Shown one piece after another: positions 62,948 to 64,000 of a stretch of 64,000 nucleotides of DNA. Each line of letters opens with the position of its first letter. Positions within the stretch are counted from its first letter, which is position 1. Source of the DNA: Rhynchobatus australiae (lineage: Eukaryota); contig JAUZTB010000076.1 in NCBI GenBank assembly GCA_034780895.1, positions 45,303,557-45,367,556 of the forward strand, in the 5' to 3' direction. Below the pieces are notes generated by a model. That model was not told the DNA's origin. It saw only the letters and a program-made list of their open reading frames with translations, and did no database searches. The position numbers were made by a program, and so were the translations under genes.

Positions 62948-64000
62948 ATGAAGAACAATGTGCTTTGTGCATCGTTAGGTCTGCCTGAAAATAGGAGGCA
63001 ACATTGTGGAACATCAAGAAGACCAGCACCAACATTACAGAGAGCTCTGGAGTTTATTGCAAGGTCAATTTTAATATGTGTGAACACAATGGAGTTGGTT
63101 GACGTCTCTACTACAATTGCAGCACAAGCTGAATCCATCCAAAAGCCAAGTACTCATAGTTCTGACTGGCAAGGTTATACTGCTGACAACATGGCTCTGA
63201 ACTCCAGTGTTAAAAGTAGCTTTGAGGATGCATGTCACTTTACTAGATTACTGGAGTCGGTTGCTTCATGGAGCAGAAATCTGTTGCCCTCTACAAAATT
63301 TGTACTCCTAGCTCTGCTGTTCTGCCAGTACTCTTTCTAATGCCTGTCAGTCAGCCAGCCCACTGTGAGTGTTGATCTCATGTCAAGAAGGGCAATCTAA
63401 AGCCTGGGGGCTTTAACATCAAAACCTGCTTGAAATTATTCACTGATTCTCCACTGAAAACAGGCAGCCTTCTACTAGTGTGCCACAGCCATTGGCAAGC
63501 ACCATATCAGAGCAAGCCAGTCAAAGATACATGCAGGATAGGCAGGCACTAAGAGAACACACAAGAGACTTAGGTGATTTTTGCATGCAAAGTGGCATAG
63601 CTTGGATTTGATATTGTGGCTGAGCAGACAAGAGAAATGAAGATGTATGATCTTGGTGAATGGAATATTAGGATTGTATTCTAATAAATTCCTACAAGTT
63701 GTTTACGGAAAATCCGGTAGAAAGCAGCTCATGTTACTTCCTCCTTTTCTTACTGTTCCTGCCGTACTCCTGCACCACAGCTACTTATTGCTGATGAAAA
63801 AGTGCGAGCTCTCATGACAATCAGATTGTGCAGACCATCATGAATCGTGACACAGGCACTGCGGAAAATCGCAGGCTTCTCCACAGTGGCCCAGCAGCAG
63901 TCCAAGGTTTCAGCACACCACGGATCTGTTTCACAGAATCACCTTTCGTTCTTCTGAATTCTAAATAATAGAGACTTAGCTAACTCAATCTCTCCTCATA

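Noticed and set aside
62867-63340. 157-aa ORF (and similar MLPDLLSSSSI ORFs at 3485 and 50810; 179-aa ORF at 45423)
   Set aside because: These begin in Penelope or CR1 repeat sequence and show no recognisable domain or splice structure.

Overview
Vertebrate genomic DNA, most likely a cartilaginous fish (shark/ray) judging from the HE1-like SINEs and the CR1, L2, RTE, Rex1, Tx1/L1 and Penelope-like retroelements. It contains several N gaps. The only supported host gene is the 5' half of LRP8 (ApoER2, LDL-receptor family) on the minus strand. I reconstructed nine coding exons by hand from GT-AG, phase-1 junctions: signal peptide, LA1-LA8, EGF-A and EGF-B (1288 coding nt, ATG at 49509). Intron 2 is about 32 kb and the gene continues beyond base 1. 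Best leads: (1) a 14-bp perfect (+7-bp extension) long-range RNA duplex between intron 4 and intron 7 that would loop out exons 5-7 in frame; (2) a roughly 80% identical duplicate of the exon-4 donor module about 930 bp away, with a candidate microexon and a candidate 123-nt cassette exon; (3) Penelope-derived hammerhead ribozyme motifs and TSD-flanked foldback mini-elements; (4) an L1 insertion with a ~120-bp target duplication; (5) perfect MARE/ARE sites in intron 2 and an overlapping uORF. Repeat boundaries are approximate and family calls come from recognised motifs, not database searches.
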